Of a stretch of DNA of 64,000 bases, positions 1-12,000 are shown one piece after another. Below the pieces are notes generated by a model, which ran no database searches, had not been told where the DNA came from, and worked only from the letters and a program-made list of their open reading frames with translations. The DNA is taken from contig OZ024744.1 of the NCBI GenBank assembly GCA_964016885.1, positions 114,886,001-114,950,000 of the forward strand. The letters are read 5' to 3'. The DNA comes from Eledone cirrhosa (Eukaryota). Position 1 is the first letter of the stretch. Each line of letters starts with the position of its first letter. The position numbers and the translations under genes were made by a program.

Positions 1-2
1 GT

Positions 3-3000
3 TGTCTGACCTGTCGCTGTTGCTGCTGCGGTTGGTGTTGTCATCATTTCTGTTGTCTGTCTTGTCGCTGTTGCTGCTGCGGTTGGTGTTGTCATTGTTT
101 CTGTTGTCTGACTTGTCGCTGTTGCTTCTGCGGTTGGTGTTGTCATCATTTCTGTTGTCTGACTTGTCGCTGTTGCTGCTGCGGTTGGTGTTGTCATCAT
201 TTCTGTTGTCTGACTTGTCGCTGTTGTTGCTGCGGTTGGTGTTGTCATCATTTCTGTTGTCTGACTTGTCGCTGTTGCTGCTGCGGTTGGTGTTGTCGTC
301 ATTTCTGTTGTCTGACTTGTCGCTGTTGCTGCTGCGGTTGGTGTTGTCATTGTTTCTGTTGTCTGACTTGTCGCTGTTGCTGCTGCGGTTGGTGTTGTCA
401 TTGTTTCTGTTGTCTGACTTGTCGCTGTTGCTGCTGCGGTTGGTGTTGTCATCATTTCTGTTGTCTGAGTTGTCGCTGTTGCTGCTGCTGTTGGTGTTGT
501 CATCATTTCTGTTGTCTGACTTGTCGCTGTTGCTGCTGCGGTTGGTGTTGTCATTGTTTCTGTTGTCTGACTTGTCGCTGTTGCTGCTGCGGTTGGTGTT
601 GTCATCATTTCTGTTGTCTGTCTTGTCGCTGTTGCTGCTGCGGTTGGTGTTGTCATTGTTTCTGTTGTCTGACTTGTCGCTGTTGCTGCTGCGGTTGGTG
701 TTGTCATTGTTTCTGTTGTCTGACTTGTCGCTGTTGCTGCTGCGGTTGGTGTTGTCATTGTTTCTGTTGTCTGACTTGTCGCTGTTGCTGCTGCGGTTGG
801 TGTTGTCATCATTTCTGTTGTCTGAGTTGTCGCTGTTGCTGCTGCTGTTGGTGTTGTCATAATTTCTGTTGTCTGACTTGTCGCTGTTCCTGCTGCGGTT
901 GGTGTTGTCATTGTTTCTGTTGTCTGACTTGTCGCTGTTGCTGCTGCGGTTGGTGTTGTCATCATTTCTGTTGTCTGTCTTGTCGCTGTTGCTGCTGCGG
1001 TTGGTGTTGTCATTGTTTCTGTTGTCTGACTTGTCGCTGTTGCTGCTGCGGTTGGTGTTGTCATCATTTCTGTTGTCTGTCTTGTCGCTGCTGCTGCTGC
1101 GGTTGGTGTTGTCATCATTTCTGTTGTCTGACTTGTCGCTGTTGCTGCTGCGGTTGGTGTTGTCATTGTTTCTGTTGTCTGACTTGTCGCTGTTGCTGCT
1201 GCGGTTGGTGTTGTCATCATTTCTGTTGTCTGACTTGTCGCTGCTGCTGCTGCGGTTGGTGTTGTCATCATTTCTGTTGTCTGACTTGTCGCTGTTGCTG
1301 CTGCGGTTGGTGTTGTCATCATTTCTGTTGTCTGACTTGTCGCTGTTGCTGCTGCGGTTGGTGTTGTCATCATTTCTGTTGTCTGACTTGTCGCTGTTGC
1401 TGCTGCGGTTGGTGTTGTCATTGTTTCTGTTGTCTGACTTGTCGCTGTTGCTGCTGCGGTTGGTGTTGTCATCATTTCTGTTGTCTGACTTGTCGCTGTT
1501 GCTGCTGCGGTTGGTGTTGTCATCATTTCTGTTGTCTGACCTGTCGCTGTTGCTGCTGCGGTTGGTGTTGTCATTGTTTCTGTTGTCTGACTTGTCGCTG
1601 TTGCTGCTGCGGTTGGTGTTGTCATCATTTCTGTTGTCTGTCTTGTCGCTGTTGCTGCTGCGGTTGGTGTTGTCATTGTTTCTGTTGTCTGTCTTGTCGC
1701 TGTTGCTGCTGCGGTTGGTGTTGTCATCATTTCTGTTGTCTGACTTGTCGCTGTTGCTGCTGCGGTTGGTGTTGTCATTGTTTCTGTTGTCTGACTTGTC
1801 GCTGTTGCTGCTGCGGTTGGTGTTGTCATCATTTCTGTTGTCTGACTTGTCGCTGTTGCTGCTGCAGTTGGTGTTGTCATTGTTTCTGTTGTCTGTCTTG
1901 TCGCTGTTGCTGCTGCGGTTGGTGTTGTCATCATTTCTGTTGTCTGACTTGTCGCTGTTGCTGCTGCGGTTTGTGTTGTCATTGTTTCTGTTGTCTGACT
2001 TGTCGCTGTTGCTGCTGTGGTTGGTGTTGTCATCATTTCTGTTGTCTGACTTGTCGCTGTTGCTGCTGCGGTTGGTGTTGTCATCATTTCTGTTGTCTGA
2101 CTTGTCGCTGTTGCTGCTGCGGTTGGTGTTGTCGTCATTTCTGTTGTCTGTCTTGTCGCTGTTGCTGCTGCGGTTGGTGTTGTCATCATTTCTGTTGTCT
2201 GACCTGTCGCTGTTGCTGCTGCGGTTGGTGTTGTCATTGTTTCTGTTGTCTGACTTGTCGCTGTTGCTGCTGCGGTTGGTGTTGTCATTGTTTCTGTTGT
2301 CTGACTTGTCGCTGTTGCTGCTGCGGTTGGTGTTGTCATTGTTTCTGTTGTCTGACCTGTCGCTGTTGCTGCTGCGGTTGGTGTTGTCATCATTACTGTT
2401 GTCTGACTTGTCGCTGTTGCTGCTGTGGTTGGTGTTGTCATTGTTTCTGTTGTCTGTCTTGTCGCTGTTGCTGCTGCGGTTGGTGTTGTCGTCATTTCTG
2501 TTGTCTGTCTTGTCGCTGTTGCTGCTGCGGTTGGTGTTGTCATCATTTCTGTTGTCTGACCTGTCGCTGTTGCTGCTGCGGTTGGTGTTGTCATTGTTTC
2601 TGTTGTCTGACTTGTCGCTGTTGCTGCTGCGGTTGGTGTTGTCATTGTTTCTGTTGTCTGACTTGTCGCTGTTGCTGCTGCGGTTGGTGTTGTCATTGTT
2701 TCTGTTGTCTGACTTGTCGCTGTTGCTGCTGCGGTTGGTGTTGTCATCATTTCTGTTGTCTGAGTTGTCGCTGTTGCTGCTGCTGTTGGTGTTGTCATCA
2801 TTTCTGTTGTCTGACTTGTCGCTGTTGCTGCTGCGGTTGGTGTTGTCATTGTTTCTGTTGTCTGACTTGTCGCTGTTGCTGCTGCGGTTGGTGTTGTCAT
2901 CATTTCTGTTGTCTGTCTTGTCGCTGTTGCTGCTGCGGTTGGTGTTGTCATTGATTCTGTTGTCTGACTTGTCGCTGTTGCTGCTGCGGTTGGTGTTGTC

Positions 3001-6000
3001 ATTGTTTCTGTTGTCTGACTTGTCGCTGTTGCTGCTGCGGTTGGTGTTGTCATCATTTCTGTTGTCTGAGTTGTCGCTGTTGCTGCTGCTGTTGGTGTTG
3101 TCATCATTTCTGTTGTCTGACTTGTCGCTGTTGCTGCTGCGGTTGGTGTTGTCATTGTTTCTGTTGTCTGACTTGTCGCTGTTGCTGCTGCGGTTGGTGT
3201 TGTCATCATTTCTGTTGTCTGTCTTGTCGCTGTTGCTGCTGCGGTTGGTGTTGTCATTGTTTCTGTTGTCTGACTTGTCGCTGTTGCTGCTGCGGTTGGT
3301 GTTGTCATCATTTCTGTTGTCTGACTTGTCGCTGCTGCTGCTGCGGTTGGTGTTGTCATCATTTCTGTTGTCTGACTTGTCGCTGTTGCTGCTGCGGTTG
3401 GTGTTGTCATTGTTTCTGTTGTCTGACTTGTCGCTGTTGCTGCTGCGGTTGGTGTTGTCATCATTTCTGTTGTCTGACTTGTCGCTGCTGCTGCTGCGGT
3501 TGGTGTTGTCATCATTTCTGTTGTCTGACTTGTCGCTGTTGCTGCTGCGGTTGGTGTTGTCATCATTTCTGTTGTCTGACTTGTCGCTGTTGCTGCTGCG
3601 GTTGGTGTTGTCATCATTTCTGTTGTCTGACTTGTCGCTGTTGCTGCTGCGGTTGGTGTTGTCATTGTTTCTGTTGTCTGACTTGTCGCTGTTGCTGCTG
3701 CGGTTGGTGTTGTCATCATTTCTGTTGTCTGACTTGTCGCTGTCGCTGCTGCGGTTGGTGTTGTCATCATTTCTGTTGTCTGACCTGTCGCTGTTGCTGC
3801 TGCGGTTGGTGTTGTCATTGTTTCTGTTGTCTGACTTGTCGCTGTTGCTGCTGCGGTTGGTGTTGTCATCATTTCTGTTGTCTGTCTTGTCGCTGTTGCT
3901 GCTGCGGTTGGTGTTGTCATTGTTTCTGTTGTCTGTCTTGTCGCTGTTGCTGCTGCGGTTGGTGTTGTCATCATTTCTGTTGTCTGACTTGTCGCTGTTG
4001 CTGCTGCGGTTGGTGTTGTCATTGTTTCTGTTGTCTGACTTGTCGCTGTTGCTGCTGCGGTTGGTGTTGTCATCATTTCTGTTGTCTGACTTGTCGCTGT
4101 TGCTGCTGCAGTTGGTGTTGTCATTGTTTCTGTTGTCTGTCTTGTCGCTGTTGCTGCTGCGGTTGGTGTTGTCATCATTTCTGTTGTCTGACTTGTCGCT
4201 GTTGCTGCTGCGGTTGGTGTTGTCATTGTTTCTGTTGTCTGACTTGTCGCTGTTGCTGCTGTGGTTGGTGTTGTCATCATTTCTGTTGTCTGACTTGTCG
4301 CTGTTGCTGCTGCGGTTGGTGTTGTCATCATTTCTGTTGTCTGACTTGTCGCTGTTGCTGCTGCGGTTGGTGTTGTCGTCATTTCTGTTGTCTGTCTTGT
4401 CGCTGTTGCTGCTGCGGTTGGTGTTGTCATCATTTCTGTTGTCTGACCTGTCGCTGTTGCTGCTGCGGTTGGTGTTGTCATTGTTTCTGTTGTCTGACTT
4501 GTCGCTGTTGCTGCTGCGGTTGGTGTTGTCATTGTTTCTGTTGTCTGACTTGTCGCTGTTGCTGCTGCGGTTGGTGTTGTCATTGTTTCTGTTGTCTGAC
4601 CTGTCGCTGTTGCTGCTGCGGTTGGTGTTGTCATCATTACTGTTGTCTGACTTGTCGCTGTTGCTGCTGTGGTTGGTGTTGTCATTGTTTCTGTTGTCTG
4701 TCTTGTCGCTGTTGCTGCTGCGGTTGGTGTTGTCGTCATTTCTGTTGTCTGTCTTGTCGCTGTTGCTGCTGCGGTTGGTGTTGTCATCATTTCTGTTGTC
4801 TGACCTGTCGCTGTTGCTGCTGCGGTTGGTGTTGTCATTGTTTCTGTTGTCTGACTTGTCGCTGTTGCTGCTGCGGTTGGTGTTGTCATCATTTCTGTTG
4901 TCTGACTTGTCGCTGTTGCTGCTGCGGTTGGTGTTGTCATTGTTTCTGTTGTCTGACCTGTCGCTGTTGCTGCTGCGGTTGGTGTTGTCATCATTACTGT
5001 TGTCTGACTTGTCGCTGTTGCTGCCGTGGTTGGTGTTGTCATTGTTTCTGTTGTCTGTCTTGTCGCTGTTGCTGCTGCGGTTGGTGTTGTCATTGTTTCT
5101 GTTGTCTGTCTTGTCGCTGTTGCTGCTGCGGTTGGTGTTGTCATCATTTCTGTTGTCTGACATGTCGCTGTTGCTGCTGCGGTTGGTGTTGTCATCATTT
5201 CTGTTGTCTGACCTGTCGCTGTTGCTGCTGCGGTTGGTGTTGTCATCATTTCTGTTGTCTGACTTGTCGCTCTTGCTGCTGCGGTTGGTGTTGTCATCAT
5301 TTCTGTTGTCTGACTTGTCGCTGTTGCTGCTGCGGTTGGTGTTGTCATCATTTCTGTTGTCTCTCTTGTCGCTGTTGCTGCTGCGGTTGGTGTTGTCATC
5401 ATTTCTGTTGTCTGACTTGTCGCTGTTGCTGCTGCGGTTGGTGTTGTCATTGTTTCTGTTGTCTGACTTGTCGCTGTTGCTGCTGCGGTTGGTGTTGTCA
5501 TCATTTCTGTTGTCTGACTTGTCGCTGTTGCTGCTGCAGTTGGTGTTGTCATTGTTTCTGTTGTCTGTCTTGTCGCTGTTGCTGCTGCAGTTGGTGTTGT
5601 CGTCATTTCTGTTGTCTGACTTGTCGCTGTTGCTGCTGCGGTTGGTGTTTTCGTCATTTCTGTTGTCTGATCTGTCGCTGTTGCTGCTGCGGTTGGTGTT
5701 GTCATTGTTTCTGTTGTCTGTCTTGTCGCTGTTGCTGCTGCGGTTGGTGTTGTCATCATTTCTGTTGTCTGACCTGTCGCTGTTGCTGCTGCGGTTGGTG
5801 TTGTCATCATTTCTGTTGTCTGTCTTGTCGCTGTTGCTGCTGCAGTTGGTGTTGTCATCATTTCTGTTGTCTGACTTGTCGCTGTTGCTGCTGCGGTTGG
5901 TGTTGTCATTGTTTCTGTTGTCTGACCTGTCGCTGTTGCTGCTGTGGTTGGTGTTGTCATCATTTCTGTTGTCTGTCTTGTCGCTGTTGCTGCTGCAGTT

Positions 6001-9000
6001 GGTGTTGTCATCATTTCTGTTGTCTGACTTGTCGCTGTTGCTGCTGCGGTTGGTGTTGTCATTGTTTCTGTTGTCTGACCTGTCGCTGTTGCTGCTGTGG
6101 TTGGTGTTGTCATCATTTCTGTTGTCTGTCTTGTCGCTGTTGCTGCTGCAGTTGGTGTTGTCATCATTTCTGTTGTCTGACTTGTCGCTGTTGCTGCTGC
6201 GGTTGGTGTTGTCATTGTTTCTGTTGTCTGACTTGTCGCTGTTGCTGCTGCGGTTGGTGTTGTCGTCATTTCTGTTGTCTGACTTGTCGCTGTTGCTGCT
6301 GCAGTTGGTGTTGTCATCATTTCTGTTGTCTGACTTGTCGCTGTTGCTGCTGCGGTTGGTGTTGTCATCATTTCTGTTGTCTGTCTTGTCGCTGTTGCTG
6401 CTGCGGTTGGTGTTGTCATCATTTCTGTTGTCTGACTTGTCGCTGTTGCTGCTGCGGTTGGTGTTGTCATTGTTTCTGTTGTCTGACTTGTCGCTGTTGC
6501 TGCTGCGGTTGGTGTTGTCATCATTTCTGTTGTCTGACTTGTCGCTGTTGCTGCTGCGGTTGGTGTTGTCATCATTTCTGTTGTCTGACTTGTCGCTGTT
6601 GCTGCTGCGGTTGGTGTTGTCATTGTTTCTGTTGTCTGTCTTGTCGCTGTTGCTGCTGCGGTTGGTGTTGTCATTGTTTCTGTTGTCTGACTTGTCGCTG
6701 TTGCTGCTGCGGTTGGTGTTGTCATCATTTCTGTTGTCTGACCTGTCGCTGTTGCTGCTGCGGTTGGTGTTGTCATTGTTTCTGTTGTCTGACTTGTCGC
6801 TGTTGCTGCTGCGGTTGGTGTTGTCATCATTTCTGTTGTCTGTCTTGTCGCTGTTGCTGCTGCGGTTGGTGTTGTCATCATTTCTGTTGTCTGTCTTGTC
6901 GCTGTTGCTGCTGCAGTTGGTGTTGTCATCGTTTCTGTTGTCTGACTTGTCGCTGTTGCTGCTGCGGTTGGTGTTGTCATTGTTTCTGTTGTCTGACCTG
7001 TCGCTGTTGCTGCTGTGGTTGGTGTTGTCATCATTTCTGTTGTCTGTCTTGTCGCTGTTGCTGCTGCAGTTGGTGTTGTCATCATTTCTGTTGTCTGACT
7101 TGTCGCTGTTGCTGCTGCGGTTGGTGTTGTCATTGTTTCTGTTGTCTGACCTGTCGCTGTTGCTGCTGTGGTTGGTGTTGTCATCATTTCTGTTGTCTGT
7201 CTTGTCGCTGTTGCTGCTGCAGTTGGTGTTGTCATCGTTTCTGTTGTCTGACTTGTCGCTGTTGCTGCTGCGGTTGGTGTTGTCATTGTTTCTGTTGTCT
7301 GACCTGTCGCTGTTGCTGCTGTGGTTGGTGTTGTCATCATTTCTGTTGTCTGTCTTGTCGCTGTTGCTGCTGCAGTTGGTGTTGTCATCATTTCTGTTGT
7401 CTGACTTGTCGCTGTTGCTGCTGCGGTTGGTGTTGTCATTGTTTCTGTTGTCTGACTTGTCGCTGTTGCTGCTGCGGTTGGTGTTGTCGTCATTTCTGTT
7501 GTCTGACTTGTCGCTGTTGCTGCTGCAGTTGGTGTTGTCATCATTTCTGTTGTCTGACTTGTCGCTGTTGCTGCTGCGGTTGGTGTTGTCATCATTTCTG
7601 TTGTCTGTCTTGTCGCTGTTGCTGCTGCGGTTGGTGTTGTCATCATTTCTGTTGTCTGACTTGTCGCTGTTGCTGCTGCGGTTGGTGTTGTCATTGTTTC
7701 TGTTGTCTGACTTGTCGCTGTTGCTGCTGTGGTTGGTGTTGTCATCATTTCTGTTGTCTGTCTTGTCGCTGTTGCTGCTGCGGTTGGTGTTGTCATCATT
7801 TCTGTTGTCTGACTTGTCGCTGTTGCTGCTGCGGTTGGTGTTGTCATTGTTTCTGTTGTCTGACTTGTCGCTGTTGCTGCTGCGGTTGGTGTTGTCATTG
7901 TTTCTGTTGTCTGACTTGTCGCTGTTGCTGCTGCGGTTGGTGTTGTCATCATTTCTGTTGTCTGTCTTGTCGCTGTTGCTGCTGCGGTTGGTGTTGTCAT
8001 TGTTTCTGTTGTCTGTCTTGTCGCTGTTGCTGCTGCGGTTGGTGTTGTCATCATTTCTGTTGTCTGACTTGTCGCTGTTGCTGCTGCGGTTGGTGTTGTC
8101 ATTGTTTCTGTTGTCTGACTTGTCGCTGTTGCTGCTGTGGTTGGTGTTGTCATCATTTCTGTTGTCTGACTTGTCGCTGTTGCTGCTGCGGTTGGTGTTG
8201 TCATCATTTCTGTTGTCTGACTTGTCGCTGTTGCTGCTGCGGTTGGTGTTGTCATCATTTCTGTTGTCTGACTTGTCGCTGTTGCTGCTGCGGTTGGTGT
8301 TGTCATTGTTTCTGTTGTCTGTCTTGTCGCTGTTGCTGCTGCGGTTGGTGTTGTCATTGTTTCTGTTGTCTGACTTGTCGCTGTTGCTGCTGTGGTTGGT
8401 GTTGTCATCATTTCTGTTGTGTGACTTGTCGCTGTTGCTGCTGCGGTTGGTGTTGTCATCATTTCTGTTGTCTGACTTGTCGTTGTTGCTGCTGCGGTTG
8501 GTGTTGTCATCATTTCTGTTGTCTGACTTGTCGCTGTTGCTGCTGCGGTTGGTGTTGTCATTGTTTCTGTTGTCTGTCTTGTCGCTGTTGCTGCTGCGGT
8601 TGGTGTTGTCATTGTTTCTGTTGTCTGACTTGTCGCTGTTGCTTCTGCGGTTGGTGTTGTCATCATTTCTGTTGTCTGACTTGTCGCTGTTGCTGCTGCG
8701 GTTGGTGTTGTCATCATTTCTGTTGTCTGACTTGTCGCTGTTGCTGCTGCGGTTGGTGTTGTCATCATTTCTGTTGTCTGACTTGTCGCTGTTGCTGCTG
8801 CGGTTGGTGTTGTCGTCATTTCTGTTGTCTGACTTGTCGCTGTTGCTGCTGCGGTTGGTGTTGTCATTGTTTCTGTTGTCTGACTTGTCGCTGTTGCTGC
8901 TGCGGTTGGTGTTGTCATCATTTCTGTTGTCTGTCTTGTCGCTGTTGCTGCTGCGGTTGGTGTTGTCATTGTTTCTGTTGTCTGTCTTGTCGCTGTTGCT

Positions 9001-12000
9001 GCTGCGGTTGGTGTTGTCATCATTTCTGTTGTCTGACTTGTCGCTGTTGCTGCTGCGGTTGGTGTTGTCATTGTTTCTGTTGTCTGACTTGTCGCTGTTG
9101 CTGCTGCGGTTGGTGTTGTCATCATTTCTGTTGTCTGAGTTGTCGCTGTTGCTGCTGCTGTTGGTGTTGTCATCATTTCTGTTGTCTGACTTGTCGCTGT
9201 TGCTGCTGCGGTTGGTGTTGTCATTGTTTCTGTTGTCTGACTTGTCGCTGTTGCTGCTGCGGTTGGTGTTGTCATCATTTCTGTTGTCTGTCTTGTCGCT
9301 GTTGCTGCTGCGGTTGGTGTTGTCATTGTTTCTGTTGTCTGACTTGTCGCTGTTGCTGCTGCGGTTGGTGTTGTCATCATTTCTGTTGTCTGACTTGTCG
9401 CTGTTGCTGCTGCGGTTGGTGTTGTCATCATTTCTGTTGTCTGACTTGTCGCTGTTGCTGCTGCGGTTGGTGTTGTCATTGTTTCTGTTGTCTGACTTGT
9501 CGCTGTTGCTGCTGCGGTTGGTGTTGTCATCATTTCTGTTGTCTGACTTGTCGCTGTTGCTGCTGCGGTTGGTGTTGTCATCATTTCTGTTGTCTGACCT
9601 GTCGCTGTTGCTGCTGCGGTTGGTGTTGTCATTGTTTCTGTTGTCTGACTTGTCGCTGTTGCTGCTGCGGTTGGTGTTGTCATCATTTCTGTTGTCTGTC
9701 TTGTCGCTGTTGCTGCTGCGGTTGGTGTTGTCATTGTTTCTGTTGTCTGTCTTGTCGCTGTTGCTGCTGCGGTTGGTGTTGTCATCATTTCTGTTGTCTG
9801 ACTTGTCGCTGTTGCTGCTGCGGTTGGTGTTGTCATTGTTTCTGTTGTCTGACTTGTCGCTGTTGCTGCTGCGGTTGGTGTTGTCATCATTTCTGTTGTC
9901 TGACTTGTCGCTGTTGCTGCTGCAGTTGGTGTTGTCATTGTTTCTGTTGTCTGTCTTGTCGCTGTTGCTGCTGCGGTTGGTGTTGTCATCATTTCTGTTG
10001 TCTGACTTGTCGCTGTTGCTTCTGCGGTTGGTGTTGTCATCATTTCTGTTGTCTGACTTGTCGCTGTTGCTGCTGCGGTTGGTGTTGTCGTCATTTCTGT
10101 TGTCTGACTTGTCGCTGTTGCTGCTGCGGTTGGTGTTGTCATCATTTCTGTTGTCTGACTTGTCGCTGTTGCTGCTGCGGTTGGTGTTGTCGTCATTTCT
10201 GTTGTCTGACTTGTCGCTGTTGCTGCTGCGGTTGGTGTTGTCATTGTTTCTGTTGTCTGACTTGTCGCTGTTGCTGCTGCGGTTGGTGTTGTCATCATTT
10301 CTGTTGTCTGTCTTGTCGCTGTTGCTGCTGCGGTTGGTGTTGTCATTGTTTCTGTTGTCTGTCTTGTCGCTGTTGCTGCTGCGGTTGGTGTTGTCATCAT
10401 TTCTGTTGTCTGACTTGTCGCTGTTGCTGCTGCGGTTGGTGTTGTCATTGTTTCTGTTGTCTGACTTGTCGCTGTTGCTGCTGCGGTTGGTGTTGTCATC
10501 GTTTCTGTTGTCTGAGTTGTCGCTGTTGCTGCTGCTGTTGGTGTTGTCATCATTTCTGTTGTCTGTCTTGTCGCTGTTGCTGCTGCGGTTGGTGTTGTCA
10601 TTGTTTCTGTTGTCTGACTTGTCGCTGTTGCTGCTGCGGTTGGTGTTGTCATCATTTCTGTTGTCTGACTTGTCGCTGTTGCTGCTGCGGTTGGTGTTGT
10701 CATCATTTCTGTTGTCTGACTTGTCGCTGTTGCTGCTGCGGTTGGTGTTGTCATTGTTTCTGTTGTCTGACTTGTCGCTGTTGCTGCTGCGGTTGGTGTT
10801 GTCATCATTTCTGTTGTCTGTCTTGTCGCTGTTGCTGCTGCGGTTGGTGTTGTCATTGTTTCTGTTGTCTGACTTGTCGCTGTTGCTGCTGCGGTTGGTG
10901 TTGTCATCATTTCTGTTGTCTGACTTGTCGCTGTTGCTGCTGCGGTTGGTGTTGTCATCATTTCTGTTGTCTGACTTGTCGCTGTTGCTGCTGCGGTTGG
11001 TGTTGTCATTGTTTCTGTTGTCTGACTTGTCGCTGTTGCTGCTGCGGTTGGTGTTGTCATCATTTCTGTTGTCTGACTTGTCGCTGTTGCTACTGCGGTT
11101 GGTGTTGTCATCATTTCTGTTGTCTGACCTGTCGCTGTTGCTGCTGCGGTTGGTGTTGTCATTGTTTCTGTTGTCTGACTTGTCGCTGTTGCTGCTGCGG
11201 TTGGTGTTGTCATCATTTCTGTTGTCTGTCTTGTCGCTGTTGCTGCTGCGGTTGGTGTTGTCATTGTTTCTGTTGTCTGTCTTGTCGCTGTTGCTGCTGC
11301 GGTTGGTGTTGTCATCATTTCTGTTGTCTGACTTGTCGCTGTTGCTGCTGCGGTTGGTGTTGTCATTGTTTCTGTTGTCTGACTTGTCGCTGTTGCTGCT
11401 GCGGTTGGTGTTGTCATCATTTCTGTTGTCTGACTTGTCGCTGTTGCTGCTGCAGTTGGTGTTGTCATTGTTTCTGTTGTCTGTCTTGTCGCTGTTGCTG
11501 CTGCGGTTGGTGTTGTCATCATTTCTGTTGTCTGACTTGTCGATGTTGCTGCTGCGGTTGGTGTTGTCATTGTTTCTGTTGTCTGACTTGTCGCTGTTGC
11601 TGCTGCGGTTGGTGTTGTCATCATTTCTGTTGTCTGACTTGTCGCTGTTGCTGCTGCGGTTGGTGTTGTCGTCATTTCTGTCGTCTGTCTTGTCGCTGTT
11701 GCTGCTGCGGTTGGTGTTGTAATCATTTCTGTTGTCTGACCTGTCGCTGTTGCTGCTGCGGTTGGTGTTGTCATTGTTTCTGTTGTCTGACTTGTCGCTG
11801 TTGCTGCTGCGGTTGGTGTTGTCATTGTTTCTGTTGTCTGACTTGTCGCTGTTGCTGCTGCGGTTGGTGTTGTCATTGTTTCTGTTGTCTGACTTGTCGC
11901 TGTTGCTGCTGCGGTTGGTGTTGTCATTGTTTCTGTTGTCTGACTTGTCGCTGTTGCTGCTGCGGTTGGTGTTGTCATTGTTTCTGTTGTCTGACCTGTC

